This document shows, piece by piece, positions 1-12,553 of a DNA stretch of 64,000 nucleotides (positions within the stretch are counted from its first letter, which is position 1; each line of letters begins with the position of its first letter). The DNA is from a virus. Lineage: Duplodnaviria > Heunggongvirae > Uroviricota > Caudoviricetes. Location: the IMG/VR virus record IMGVR_UViG_3300028805_000045; one strand, written 5' to 3'. A program made the translations under genes and the position numbers. The notes beneath the pieces are model-generated. The model saw only the letters and a list, made by a program, of their open reading frames with translations, was not told where the DNA came from and made no database searches.

Positions 1-3000
1 ATATGCAATTCTCTACCAAGTTGTAGCATTAACTGGCATATAATATAATGCCCCATTACTGCTAAAGCCAAGTCTTGCTTCATAATAATTTGAACCACTA
101 GTTGGATGTGCCTTTACAATTAATTCCGCATTTGCATTGTTCATTTTTGGCATTGAAGTATTAGATACATTGCCCACTACGGTCATCGTACCTACATCTA
201 GAATACTAGAAAATTCATTTGTTGCAACCGTGGCGGTATGAGCACCTTTACCAGTAACATCAGATTTGGTTGCACTGCCCGCGCTCGTCGCGGTTGTAGC
301 AGTTAAGGCATTACCGTTTAATGTAACATCGCCTGCTGTATTACTATATACAATCCACTTACCTTTTGTAAAATCATATAAACCGCCATTACCAGATGTG
401 CCGCCAACCATTAAAGCTATTTTCTTTGCTTTTGTTGTATCACTATTTGGATTGGTATGATTTACATATATACCAAAATTAGAACCATTATTTGCTTTAG
501 CTAAAGTAACTTCTCCACTAAAACTGCCACCAGTAGCCGCTAGTATTCCATTAATTGTTGCTCCCTATGTTGAGTATTTTAGACGCATAACCTCGTTATT
601 ATAAGTCGTGGCCTGTCCGCTAGTTTTATAATCTGTACGGAAAATTAATTCTCCTGCTTCATTAACAATTTGCCAAGAAGCCTTACCGTTTGTTGTATTA
701 TTAACTGCACCACGACGTAATTCAATCGCGGCAACTGGGCTAGAAGTAGAAGAATCGCAAATCTATAATTGTGATGAACCTTTTTCTGATGAAGCTGGGG
801 TTGTATAATTAATTGTAGTTTGTCCACCTAATGAAGTTGAGCCGCCAATATATAAATCTCTCGCGACACCCGCGCCGCCATCAACACGTAGTGCTCCTGT
901 TGTTGTTGAGGTAGCATTATATTTATACTATATATGCAAATAATTTGCGCTATTTTCTTCATCCGCATATCCAACAAATACTGGGCCACCTTTTAAATTA
1001 AGATATAAGCCCTAATCAGCACTACTTACAGTATCACCTCTAACTCCCTAAGCATTGCATCCTGAAATACCACGTACAATCAAAGGATGTTCGCTTGCTG
1101 GACCTACAATATGTACGCTACCAGTTAAATACGATGCCGCGCCAGTAGCAATACCGCCGCCTACAACTAAAGCACCGGTTGTTGTAGATTCAGAGGCTGT
1201 GGTGGCTTTAATTTTAGCGACACCATTACTATTTATAGTTAATAAATTATTATTACCATATAACCCTAATCCTACACTATTATTTGCCGCAGTTGTACTA
1301 TAATTAAATTCTAATACAGCAGAATTATTAGTACCATTTCCTTTACCAGTAATTAAACATGTATGGCCGCCGCTAGCTAAATTAGGGACTAAATGATTAA
1401 TACCCCAAGAATAGCTGCCACTCTTTGCGACTGCTGCAGTAGCGTTAGATGTTAGATTTATCATTCCCTTTGCAGTAGAATCAGTAGCGGTAGGGGTGTA
1501 TTCAATAGTGGTTTGTCCAGTAAACAGTGCTCCACCAGTTTCATAGAATCGTAATTGAGCGGATGTTGTTGCACTTGAACCATTGTATAAAGTATCTGTA
1601 ATGTACGTAAATAATAAATCATCTGTAAAAGAAGCGTTATCATAAGTACCAATTTCCCAAGAGCCATTAGTGGTTTTCATTGAAGCTAATGGACTATAAC
1701 CATTTTTAGTACTAATAGCTACTAATGCATTATCACGACCTTTATGCCAATTTGATGCTGTGCCTTTACGATAAATGCGACCGGTCATTTCTCCACCAGA
1801 TAGAGGAAGAGCATAATTATTATAATTGGCACTGGTTAATACCCGTTCCCATGTGCTCCATGCTCCAGTATTCCAATAACGCATCCATTTAGCACCGCCA
1901 GAACTATAAAGTTCTTGTACGCGATACCCATCAGCATTACGGTAAACATACATACCAAAGGCAGTAACTCCATCTGGAACATTAGTAACTGTATTCCCAC
2001 CAACCGCATAATACCAAGTTGGATATTGATTTTTATAATTATTAAGATCCTAATTAGTTAATTGCGTTGCAGTTAAATAAGAAGCACTAGTAGCACTTGA
2101 AGCATTTCCGCTCAAATTACCACTAAAACTGCCATAATAAGTGCCATCAATACGCATATTTAAAGTGGCAGTATTAGTTGTTCCGCCGCTAGTTAGCCAC
2201 ATAGTCAAGTCACCAGTATCAGTTACAGTAGATTCTGAACCACCACTGGGAGTATATTTTAAACGAGTATCACTGAATCGCTCTCCCCATACTTGATAAC
2301 TTCCAGTTGGAATAGCCCATGTTGAAGCTGATGCAGTGGTGTCGTCTGCGATTGGTTTTAATAATGTTGTCCATGTAGAAGTGGTTGCATTACCACTTAA
2401 ATTACCATAAAATGTTGTAGCATAAACATTGGCCCATTTATAAGTTGAACTACCTAAATTTCTTGATAATACTGCATCACCAGTTCCAGGAAGAATAGAA
2501 GTACCATCAAATGTCGCGGTTGTAATAGTGGAATTATCTGTATAGGTTTTAAACTAAATTTTTGTTCCACCACTAATTAATGTTGTTTTAATAGAATTAA
2601 TGGCCATGTTACCACTATCATCAATACTAGCATTACTGCTATTCTAAATAATCCTACCCGTTGTTCCGTTCCAACGAACGATTGCATTGTCTGTAGAACT
2701 TGTAGGCCCAATAACCGCCCCATCTTCATTCGTTTCAACTGATGTCCAGTCCGCATTATTCGCAGTGGTTCCATCAGTCGTACATATAATTAAAGTACCT
2801 TCTTCACAATATTTCCCTGCCCATGTTCCAGCAGTAATAACACGATAAGTATCGCCAGCATTATGAGACGCGGGAAGCGCGGTGACTGTGCCATTGGTGC
2901 CTAATGTACCTTTAAATGTCATTGCATTTGCATAAGCTAATGTATTATTTACAAACTCTGTGGTTGCAATTTGTGTAGTGCTTGTTCCATTTGCAGCAGT

Positions 3001-4305
3001 TGGCGCTTTTGGCGTACCAGTAAATGTAGGAGAATCTGTAAAAGCAAGTTGTTTCCAAGGGGTTTTAGTATCTAAAGCAGAACCATTAAAATTACGATAA
3101 TAAATATTACCATTACTTGAAAAACCCAATTGAGAATTATAATTATCGTCGTACTTATTTAATGTAATAATACTATTAGCATTATTAGTATGCGCAAATA
3201 ATCCAGCAGTATTTTTATTTACATGAAATGAATATTTTATTTTTCCAGTACCAGGTGACGTAGTAAGCGCCGTAGTAGTCTCACTTGTACCGCTTAAAAA
3301 TTTGGTAGTGGTAGTTACTGTCCAACCTTTAGTTGAACTACTAGATTCACCAGTTGTATCTCCAGTTAATTCTACTGTTGTACCAGATGAAAATGCGGTC
3401 GCTGTATTAGCATTGCCAGTCAAATCTCCAATAAATGTAGTAGCATAAACATTTGCCCATTTATTATCACTAGTTCCAATAGAACCAGTGTTATTATTAA
3501 TAGGGTAAAATATTCTACTATTACTGTTTATTGCGGCAAAATCTCCATTTGTCATTGTAGTTCTAAAAATAATTTTTTCATTACCATCATCTAAAGATTC
3601 AAATACTAAATTGCCTTCATTACTTGCATCTACTCTATAATAAAGCTTAAACTAATCAGAAGTTCCTCTCCAAGTTAATCCTTTTGATTTTAATGGATAA
3701 ACTTCATCTTCAGTGGAAGGCCATGTCCCTGTATTACTAAAGCTAATATCTCCAGACATTGTATCACCAGTTCTTTTAAGATAGGTTCCGCCAATATCTG
3801 GTATATCCGCTGCAGTCAATGCTCTAAAACTTGGCACCCCATTTTTATCACTTGGCGCGGCTAATACATAATTTTTTGTTTTACTTGCATAGGGGTTTTT
3901 AGTATCACCATATTTATCTGCAAGAGATATTGTACCAGTTCCAGTAATATCTCCACCAGTTAATCCAGTTCCGGTAGATACTTTTATTACACCAGAGCTA
4001 GTAACATATTCATTAGTATCTAATTCCCACGTATTAGATGCTGTTTTCTTTAGCAATCCACTAGTACTGCCGTTACTGGCTTCAATTGCGCGTAAGATAT
4101 CTGTATTTGCCGCGTCAATAAAAGGTAAATTCACTACTGTAGTTGTTCCGTCCCCAATTTTTATACGAGGATGATCATGCCCTTCTTCATCTACTGAATA
4201 GATAATAACTTCACCCTTTTTAGGCTTAAAATTAGTAGCATAGTTCCAATTCGCTTCTGTATCATTTTTTAACTAAATTCTTGCATTTAAAATGTTATCA
4301 GCCAT
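1..4305 (-). CDS. Long tail fibre / receptor-binding-like protein, TAG-recoded, runs off the left edge (>1,430 aa)
   Basis: ORF fragments 3652-4134, 2644-3555, 1048-1953 and 13-411 share one frame and each ends at TAG. Start ATG 4305 after GGAAGTG: MADNILNARI(Q)LKNDTEANW..FKPKKGEVIIY..IKIGDG..LP, resembling Mtd-N/hyaluronidase-N fibre domains; also SPTFTGTPKAPTA fibre motif. Confidence 0.8.
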
Positions 4306-4332
4306 TTAATTCACTTCCTTATAAAAGAAAAA

Positions 4333-4366
4333 AAGGTATATTATCAGTGATAATATACCTCTTTTT
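4333..4366 (-). terminator. Hairpin/intrinsic terminator between fibre genes
   Basis: aggtatattatcagtgataatatacct inverted repeat flanked by A/T runs. Confidence 0.55.
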
Positions 4367-4450
4367 CAGTGTCATTTTCAACTGATAATATAATCATAGT
4401 ATCTTTTCAACTATGTAATTAAAAGAATTAATCGTATCCCTACTATTAAC

Positions 4451-5875
4451 TCAGTCTATTAAATGCGTAGCATCACCGCAATCCCATATGAAATATTTAG
4501 CGGTACGCGCTTTCCCATTATCGATCGGAGGCTTCTATGTATTTGAAGCATTTCCTAAATCATATATATCTCCTGTGGTAGCTACAGTTTTTAAGTCTAA
4601 TTTCTATACTGTTCCTGAACTCGGAGTTAAAATTAATTTTTCTGCATCAGAAGTTGCTGTCTTATTATTCCAAGTTAAGGCATAAGTAGTATTAGCTGCC
4701 GCAGCAGTATCGTCTACATATTTTTTACTTGCTGCATCAGTATTATTTATAGGAGTAACTGGAATTGTTACTGTCCCAGTAAACTCAGGATTAGCTTTTG
4801 GCGCCAATGAACTTAAATCATCAGATAAAGTAGTATTTGCAGTGCTTCCTGCAATTTTAGTTTGAGCTATTGCTGCATTATCATCAATATCGTTATTAGT
4901 TATACTACCTTTGACTGCGTAAGAACCTTCATCACCTAATAGTTCCCAAGCAGTTCCAGTCCAAACATATTCTTGTCTAATTGGTTTTGAGCCATTTTGA
5001 TAAAGAACAACATCGCCTTTTGCTTTTTCTGTGACCGTTGTATTACCAATTGTTGGATCTTCTATCCCACCATCAGTAATTGTAGTAGTTGATATACCAA
5101 TAAAATGCATTGCTCCTGTTAATCCTGCAGTTGCAGTTGAAATTGCAGCTGAAACTGCTCCACTAGTTACTAAATTAGAACTATTAGCATTAACAGTAGT
5201 ATCAATTGCTTTCGTTGTAACAGCATTTGTACCATTACCTATTAACACTTCTCCGCTTGTAAGAGTTGAAGCTCCAGTACCACCCCTATTTACAGGTAAT
5301 GTACCAGAAGTTAATTTATCAGTAGATAAATTAGGAATATCACTAGCTTGTAACGCGGCACGACTAACACTAATGCTACCATCTGTTTCTGAGACAGCGG
5401 TTACAAATTGTCCTGTTTCTGCACTATCTGAAACATCTAACAATTGTAATTTGGCTAAAATCTAACTTTCAATTGAGCCCGTGCCCGCTCCAGAACTTAA
5501 GGTATTAATTGTTGTTGTCAAATAATTTAATACTTCTTGTACATTAGCAGTTGTAGTCGCAGAAGCTTGAGTATCTCCAATATTATTTTTTAATATCGTA
5601 GAAGTAATATCTCCTGCTTCTCCAGCAGATTTTTTAGCCCAAGCATATACATCGCCAGCAACTGCTTGAATCCAAGGTAAATCTTTTAAATAATCAGTTC
5701 CATTACCTACTTTTATTCCAACAGTTGGTGGCATTAAGCCAGTAGAAGTTTGCTATGCAGGAATTTGATAAATTATAACTTCACCAGCAAGCGGTATAAA
5801 ACTATTTTTAACTAATTCCCAATTAGCATAAGTATCATATTTTAACTTAATGCGGGCATTTAAAATATTATCCAC
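4451..5875 (-). CDS. Tail fibre-like protein, TAG-recoded (474 aa)
   Basis: GTG start, MDNILNARIKLKYDTYANW..FIPLAGEV..KVGNG..LPW; fragments 5462-5734 and 4604-5443 join through TAGs; ends TGA at 4451. Confidence 0.75.
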
Positions 5876-6818
5876 TTACAACACCCCCATTAGAGGTTCC
5901 ACCATCGAGTATCAATGAATCTCCAGTGGGAACATATAATAAAGTAGTTGATACTCTATTTAGTGTCATAAAACCGCGATTATCAACAATTATTTTATTT
6001 TTTTCTATTAGTTCTCCATTTGAAGAAAACATTGAAGCGCGCACAACTTCATCTTCTGGTGTGGTTGTTCCAGACTTAACTCCGCCTAAGTCAGTAGAAG
6101 TCGCAACTTCTAATGCACCAATTTCTGATGCGGCAATACCGGAATCTACTAGTGCGCCATCTCCAGCAACCGCAATTAAATGACCTGCTTCTTTATTGCC
6201 AGTAACTAGATTTTTTAAGTCTATAGAAGTATCACCAATTTGAGTCATCTATGGCTAACTATTGGCATCATTTATAACCATATATTCTTTATATTTATCT
6301 GCCCCTTTTGCGCTACTGTCTAATACCATATAAATAGTATAAGGATCTGCCACATTAGCTTCGGGTAATGTAGTAACAATTTCTTTCTTTAAATGCCCGG
6401 CTAAAGCAATTGCTCTATCTACATAGTATTTATTAACAATAGCTAAAATATCACCACTATCGGGAATATTTGGACGATTTAAGCTATCTGTACCATAGTC
6501 AATACGAAGTGGTCCGTCAATAGTTCCAACACCATTAGCATCTTTACTACTGCTTACAATTACATTTGCTAATATATTCTAAAAAGTAGAATTAAAAGTA
6601 ATAGTACCATCGGCAGCCTGAATAAAATAACTTTGGTCTAACTTATTTAAATAAGGCAATGAATTCCATGGAGTAGTTCCATCACCAATTTTAAGTAAAA
6701 AAGAATTATTTTCTAATCCAAATTCTCCTTGAGCCAGTGTTGGATTATTATTAGCCCAATTCGCTGCCAAGTCATTACGTATTTTAAGTGTAACTTTTAC
6801 TATATTATTATAAGCCAT
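5868..6818 (-). CDS. Tail fibre-associated protein with Mtd-N-like domain, TAG-recoded (316 aa)
   Basis: IRNDLAANWANNNPTLAQGEFGLE..KIGDGTTPWNSLPY; 6579-6818 and 5868-6248 are in frame and joined via TAG. Confidence 0.75.
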
Positions 6819-7201
6819 TATGCTCCACCTCCTTCCAAAGTAGTATTTGCAATCAACATTGCATTTACTGGGATATACTCATTGTCCCAATAATATAAAA
6901 TTTTATCTATCTAATCAAAATATAATTTATCTGTTTCTCCAGTTTGTGGAAAGGCGGTATAAGCAGCAAATATAACTTGTTTATTATTTAAATATTCGCC
7001 AAAATGAGAATTAAAATCGTTTTCTGTACCATTAAACCCGCTATTTGCCGCAATAATATATAACTATTTACTTACCTATTGCAGTAAATTATTTTCCCAT
7101 GGATATACCATAGCTAATCCGGCAGTACGTGGACGGGCTGGCATAATAGATATATCATATTCTAATAATCTATCTCTTGTTCTCCATCTTTCTTTACACA
7201 T
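6818..7201 (-). CDS. Hypothetical protein, TAG-recoded (127 aa)
   Basis: MCKERWRTRDRLLEYDI..; open except for TAG; its TAA overlaps the next ATG. Confidence 0.65.
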
Positions 7202-7556
7202 CTTGTGCCACCTCTCGTATCTCACATACAGGAAGTGAGAAGGCGGCATAATAAGAATCTATTTTTGTTCCGCCGACTAAAATTCCATCTTCATCATAGA
7301 CTGGTTCATTATAAATTTTTATATCCCATAAATATTTATTTGGCTTTAGTTTAACCGTTTCTTCATGAGTTAAACTAATTTCTAGTTTATCCGCAGTTAC
7401 TGGAATACTTTTTTCAAATATTGTTGTCCTAGTCAATGCATCATAAATAGAAAATATAGCAATATCCCCCTCTTTAGCACTAGGTAAAGAGGGGATAAAA
7501 AATGAACCAGTATCTCCGCGTGGAATGATTAGACGACGTTGTATTAATCTAATCAT
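7194..7556 (-). CDS. Putative virion structural protein (beta-rich, possibly BppU-like)
   Basis: 120 aa ORF, I.RGDT..F and Y.WDI pattern, tail-module context. Confidence 0.55.
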   Translation of the reverse strand: MIRLIQRRLIIPRGDTGSFFIPSLPSAKEGDIAIFSIYDALTRTTIFEKSIPVTADKLEISLTHEETVKLKPNKYLWDIKIYNEPVYDEDGILVGGTKIDSYYAAFSLPVCEIREVAQDV

Positions 7557-8125
7557 TCTTCATCATCCTCATATATTTTTTTTATTTTTTTACAATATTG
7601 TTTATATAAACAAGATTGCTAATCTATAATATAAACAATATCATATCCCATACTTTCTAGGTGAATTTGTTCTTCTTGTGCGTCTGCTAATTCATGGCTT
7701 ACATCTTCGACATATTTAGCTATTTTAATTGCACAATTAATTTCACCTAGTTCGTATAACTACTTATAGCTGGCTTCAAGTAAAACTTTAGTTTCTTTTT
7801 CCCAATCAACCCATTTTTTCATTAACTCTTTTATCGTTGATCGCTTAGTATTTGTATCTACTTCTATTTTAGTAAATTTATACCAATTAGCGGGAATTAT
7901 ACTTGGCTATTCTACGTTATTTTCATGAATTAATTTATTACAATATTTTAAAAAGAAATTCTATAATTGACGATAACTACGAGTTTCTTCGTAATAATGA
8001 TATTCATGACATTTCTAATAGCCACATAAATTTAAAAATCCATATAAAGAAGCTAACTAATTATGAATTAATAATCCTTTTGCCATATGAGTTGAAATAT
8101 TAGAAAAAATTTCTTCAACGGTCAT
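7553..8125 (-). CDS. Ferritin-like helical protein, TAG-recoded (190 aa)
   Basis: Absent from the ORF track; MTVEEIFSNISTHM..HEYHYYEE..WEKETK..EDVSHEL; only TAG interruptions; GGAG RBS. Confidence 0.6.
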
Positions 8126-8137
8126 TTTAAATCTCCA

Positions 8138-8548
8138 TTAATGAATTTTAGTTACTACAATATTAATATGAGCATCAGTTAAGGGGGTAATACCATTGAT
8201 TACTTGAAGAACAGTTGGACTGGAGAAGCAATTACATTGACAATTGTTTTCGGCTACTTGAACAAATGTTTTGAATCCAAAAGTATCAGCAGTTGCGGCA
8301 ACACCTGTAAAGGAGCTAATTGCCTGTGGCTGAGCAATTCCATTAACATAAAGCTGAGCAGTTACTAACGTCGCGTCCGCGGGAGTAGCAAACCCATCCA
8401 CTTCTACTAGATATACGCCACGTTGATTTAATTGAATAGAAGCAGGAGCGGATAGAGTTTCACCACATCCTTTATCTAAAGTAACATTATTAAATGGAAA
8501 AGCCGCATTGGCGGCAACATCTAAATCAGAACTATAAGCTTGTAACAT
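8138..8548 (-). CDS. BclA C-terminal/C1q-like beta-sandwich protein
   Basis: 136 aa; AAFPFNNV..IQLNQRGVYLV..LYVNG pattern. Confidence 0.5.
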   Translation of the reverse strand: MLQAYSSDLDVAANAAFPFNNVTLDKGCGETLSAPASIQLNQRGVYLVEVDGFATPADATLVTAQLYVNGIAQPQAISSFTGVAATADTFGFKTFVQVAENNCQCNCFSSPTVLQVINGITPLTDAHINIVVTKIH

Positions 8549-8550
8549 AA

Positions 8551-8862
8551 TTAACCCTCCTTATATAAAGCCAACATGCCTTTAACAGTAGCTACATGTT
8601 CGACATGCTTGCGATGTAAAATTTCATAAAGTAATTTCATAGCCTCTGGTGGTTCGCCTTTTTCTTTTTTATAAGCATCTATAATAGCTACTACCTGAGT
8701 ATGTAATAAACTCATATGATTTAATTTTTCAGTAGCAATTTTATAATAAACTTCTGCTAATTGAGGATAATCTTCTTTTTTAGATACAGCACATTTAGCA
8801 TATTTTTCTGCGCACTCGATTTCGTCAGCAATCTAATCAGACAAATATTCAATGATTTTCAT
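8551..8862 (-). CDS. Small helical (ferritin-like half) protein, TAG-recoded (103 aa)
   Basis: MKIIEYLSD(Q)IADEIECAEKYA..EKLNHMSLLH; AAGGAGAG RBS. Confidence 0.6.
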
Positions 8863-8886
8863 TTTATACTCTCCTTATAATAAAAA

Positions 8887-8915
8887 AAGAGGACGTGCGT
8901 TAAGCACGTCCTTTT
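8887..8915 (-). terminator. Intrinsic terminator
   Basis: aggacgtgc-gttaa-gcacgtcct with A-run on the left. Confidence 0.6.
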
Positions 8916-8940
8916 ATATTGGCGTACTTAATACGCTCTA

Positions 8941-9576
8941 TTACATATTGCAGCCACCGCAGAAGGGGCTAGTACCAGCATTATAAGTCCAACCATTAGG
9001 ATAGCGGACTACACCAGCAAGTTGATTTTGTAATTCAAGTTGATTGATACGATTTTGCATAGCATCCATACGATTGCCAGTGATAGCATCTAATACACGC
9101 TGATTTTGAGCAACAATGTTAGCATTAGTTGTAGCATCACGCATTGCGGCTTCATAATTCATTTCACGAATTAGAGATTGAATATTGCAGCAGCACTGAT
9201 TCTGATTAGCTAAAGCATTGGCTTGACCAACTGCTAAAGCTGCTACGTCACGCTGAAGTTCCATGTACTTATCGCCAACATAACCAGTAATATCATGATA
9301 TACTTGATTAGCAGCAGCAACAGACTGAGCAGTTCCAGAAGTTACGGCGGCAAGAATGTCACGAGTTTGGGCTTGTAGATTTTGATTATCGAATCCACGA
9401 TTTACATCAGCCTAGATTGCATTACCATTATTATTGCCCCAGCCACCGCCGAAGCCGCCGCCCATTAGGGCTAAAATAGCAAATAACCAAATCATTCCAC
9501 CCCAACCATTGCCAAAGCCATCATTATTATGGCTCATTAAAGCTACATCAGAAGCACTTAATCCATTATCATTCAT
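8941..9576 (-). CDS. Gly-rich membrane-segment plus coiled-coil protein, TAG-recoded (211 aa)
   Basis: MNDNGLSASDVALM..GFGNGWGGMIWLFAILALMGGGFGGGWG..QCCC..; AGGAGG RBS; one TAG. Confidence 0.75.
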
Positions 9577-9640
9577 AAGAATTACCTCCTATAAATTTGT
9601 ATAATAAAAAACCTATCTTTAAAAGATAGGTTTCTATTTA

Positions 9641-9946
9641 TCATGACTATAAAGCATTTAAAACCATTTGAGGGTCAACACCCAGTTGTTTCGCATAATT
9701 ATAAAATGCTGTTTGTGGGTCGCCGCCATTTTGCCTAACGTATTCAAAAACCTAAGCAAACTATGGATTTGACATTATTAACTAATTTAAGAACATAGTT
9801 GGATTCTATGCCATCTTAGCCTAATTAAACAGCGTTTTAAATTGTTGAATTGCTTGTGGGTTGATCTAAGTTGGAGTCTACGGCGGCGGATTGTTGCCGC
9901 TGTTTCTTAGATTGTTTTGTAGTTCCAATATTGGATTGTTGTACAT
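9641..9946 (-). CDS. Gln/Asn/Pro-rich hypothetical protein, TAG-recoded (101 aa)
   Basis: MYNNPILELQNN..GGDPQTAFYNYAKQLGVDP; eight in-frame TAG codons; invisible in code 11. Confidence 0.7.
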
Positions 9947-10280
9947 TAGCTATTATCTCCTCTAGTTTAGTTACACGAGCGGACAAGTCATTCATATCCA
10001 CTGGTTTTGGAGTTTGATGTGGAGTAATATCAAATGGAGCTACTGTTAAATAACCAGTGCCATCTGTTTGAGCATACCATACAATAGGCATAGTATTATC
10101 TAATAATAAAGCAGTACTATTAGGGGCCATTCTAAAATTTTTCGCGCTCGCTTCTCCATTAACTCTAATAATTTCATAACGAGGAGCATTATTCATTGGA
10201 TATAAAGGACGTAATGGTGGTGGTGTAATAGGATTTTGCTAATTTCCACCCCATCCTGGCCCTCCTTCAGAATTATACAT
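9837..10280 (-). CDS. Pro-rich N-terminus hypothetical protein, TAG-recoded (147 aa)
   Basis: Extends ORF 9837-10196 upstream through one TAG to ATG 10280; VNGEASAKNF.MAPNSTALLLD motif. Confidence 0.65.
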
Positions 10281-10284
10281 AATA

Positions 10285-10488
10285 TCACTCCCCAAATTTT
10301 CGTCCGCAGTATGGACAATAATTGCAGATTCTCATGTTATTTGCGCGGTCAAAGAAGTAAATTTCAAATTCCTTCTTCTTTTTATCATCCCAACAAAATT
10401 GACAACCAAATTCTTGTTCCTTAGGATTATAAGCTTCAACCGGCTGATAATCAAGTTCATCTTCTTCGTCGTAATACTTTTTCTTCAT
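10285..10488 (-). CDS. Small zinc-ribbon protein
   Basis: CQFC and CPYCG; sigmaA promoter upstream at about 10537-10566. Confidence 0.6.
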   Translation of the reverse strand: MKKKYYDEEDELDYQPVEAYNPKEQEFGCQFCWDDKKKKEFEIYFFDRANNMRICNYCPYCGRKFGE

Positions 10489-10616
10489 ATATTCCTCTCT
10501 TATTATATAGATGGATTTATTCCATCCTTATGAATATATTATAACATAGGATTAAAAAAAAGTCAAATTCTTTTCTCATTATTTTTGTATTGACATAAAT
10601 AAAAATATTTGGTTTT

Positions 10617-11387
10617 TTATTTCTGTGTAGTAGATATTTTCTGTATCAACTAATCGACTATTACTAAAGCGTCATGTAACTTTTGCTGTAAATCCAATAA
10701 TGCTTTTTTGGTATCTAAATCTGGAACGGCAGGCTTTTCTTCCTCTGCATCTCCATCAGTCCAAACTTTATCGCCTTCAACATATGTTACTTGTACGCCT
10801 TCTTGAATGGCGGCTGAAACTGCTTCACGGTAGTCCTTCATTGTTACGCCATATAGTTTAAGCCAATGAGTAATATCGCTATGGTTACTGGCTAGACCTA
10901 TATCGCATAGTTCAGAATGGTCTAGCACCTTACTAACTGGAATTGAATATTTTTTACATAAATAGGCGGTTAAATATACAGATAATCCCATTACTACCTA
11001 CTCAAAATAATCCTTATTTTTCTTATTATCTTCACAAATTTCAAATCCAATGTATCCAAGTTTATTAGCATTTCCCGCTTTTCCGCTGCCACTTAGCCAA
11101 CATCTATATTCCCAAGGTAAGGTTTGATAAATGGCGGGAGTACCATCCTCTAATTTTCCAATATAGGCATTCGCGCAAACACTTAATCCTGGTTTATTAT
11201 GATAATTTCCATATTTATTTTCTCCTAAACGCCCATCATTCGGGCCTACATAGCGTTTTAAATATGGATTATTCGCGCCAGTTGAATGAACTTGTATTCC
11301 TTTTGGCTCTTGTTTTACTCCAGATTTATAACAATCACAATTAGTAAAATAGTGACGATAAATAGTTATTTTATGCATATTAGTCAC
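10617..11387 (-). CDS. Endolysin, N-acetylmuramoyl-L-alanine amidase (Amidase_2-like), TAG-recoded
   Basis: GIQVHSTG, ANAYIG, GFEICED, VLDHSE, NHSD motifs; fragments 10998-11387 and 10650-10991 joined by TAG; ends TAA 10617. Confidence 0.85.
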
Positions 11388-11817
11388 CTCTCAGCGAAAA
11401 GTTGTAATGAGGTTGTTCTTCATTAAAAAATTTCCATCGTATATAATCATCTATTATAATGCAAAGTCCCGCTAATCCATACCAAGCAATACAAAATGGA
11501 ATACAACATTGTTCGTAAAAGAAATTTAATGGAGCATTACTATAGTCCCAAACATTTAATTTCAACCACACATTCAATATAAGTCCGCTTATACCTTCAA
11601 GAATAGTTGCTATTATCATACCAATTCCGCACTAATACCAGAAAGGCATCTCCCATGGAATATATTCATTAATGCCGCCTATTAGTACACCCGCGAGTCC
11701 TGCAACAATAAACATACTCCAATGGGTTAGATGACCTTTCCATAATGTTTCTATTATAAAATAGATAAGGCCGAATACTAAAAATAGTATTGCGGCCTTA
11801 CCAAATTTTTTAAGCAT
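11380..11817 (-). CDS. Multi-pass membrane protein (putative ABC-transporter type IV/CmpB-like family), possible holin, TAG-recoded (145 aa)
   Basis: YFIIETLWKG..HWSMF..E.ISGLILN..VWDYSN.P.N; directly upstream of the endolysin; one TAG at 11632. Confidence 0.7.
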
Positions 11818-12553
11818 TTAATGCCTTCAATACATCAGATTGATATTCCTCAGGTAATTCTATTCCATATGTTATATTCGCAATTACATAAGGATCATCT
11901 AATGAATTCACATAATTTTTAAGTGCATTATAATATGTGGTATGATAGGTTTTCCATTTAGTTGCTTCAGAAATAATCATTTTTATTTCTACTGGAGTAT
12001 AGAATTTACAAAGCTCGCCATCAGCATGATAAGGAATTTGTTCAAGTCCCTAATCTACCATTGCCTGTAAGCTAATTAAATTAAGCTAGTCTTGAGTTGT
12101 TAATGAGAAATGATGAACTTTCCCGTCAAGCATTGTTATATCAATACCATTTTCAATAGTCTAATTACAAATATGACTTAATTCCTTTATTTTTGCACTT
12201 TTAATTAATTCAATACCAGTTATATCTATTTCTTCAGGCTATACAATAGGAATTAATAATTCAGGATTATTATTATCTTCAATAATTACTTCATTAATCT
12301 ATAAAGCAGATAACAAATTTAAATAATCTTCTTCATTAATTTCTTTGATGATTGCCATTTGAAAACGTTTAAAAGCATTAGGAATCGTTTTCATCCAGGA
12401 GTCGTGATATAATGTATTTTTATATTCTAAAAAATTAGCTTTAGTAATATCTGTAGATAAAATCATATTATTAATAGAATTTATATATCTGAATCCAAAA
12501 CTGTCATTTACACCAATTATTTTTTGGTCCTAAATTATTTTATAGTATTTCAT
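11810..12553 (-). CDS. DUF4376-like tail-associated protein, TAG-recoded (247 aa)
   Basis: Not in the ORF track; C-terminal HFSLTTQD(Q)LNL..IPYHADGELCKFY..YHTTYYNALK..ITYG pattern; ATGA overlap with upstream gene. Confidence 0.65.

Noticed and set aside
1..6818. Diversity-generating retroelement suggested by Mtd-like N-termini
   Set aside because: No reverse transcriptase gene or template/variable repeat pair seen in the window.
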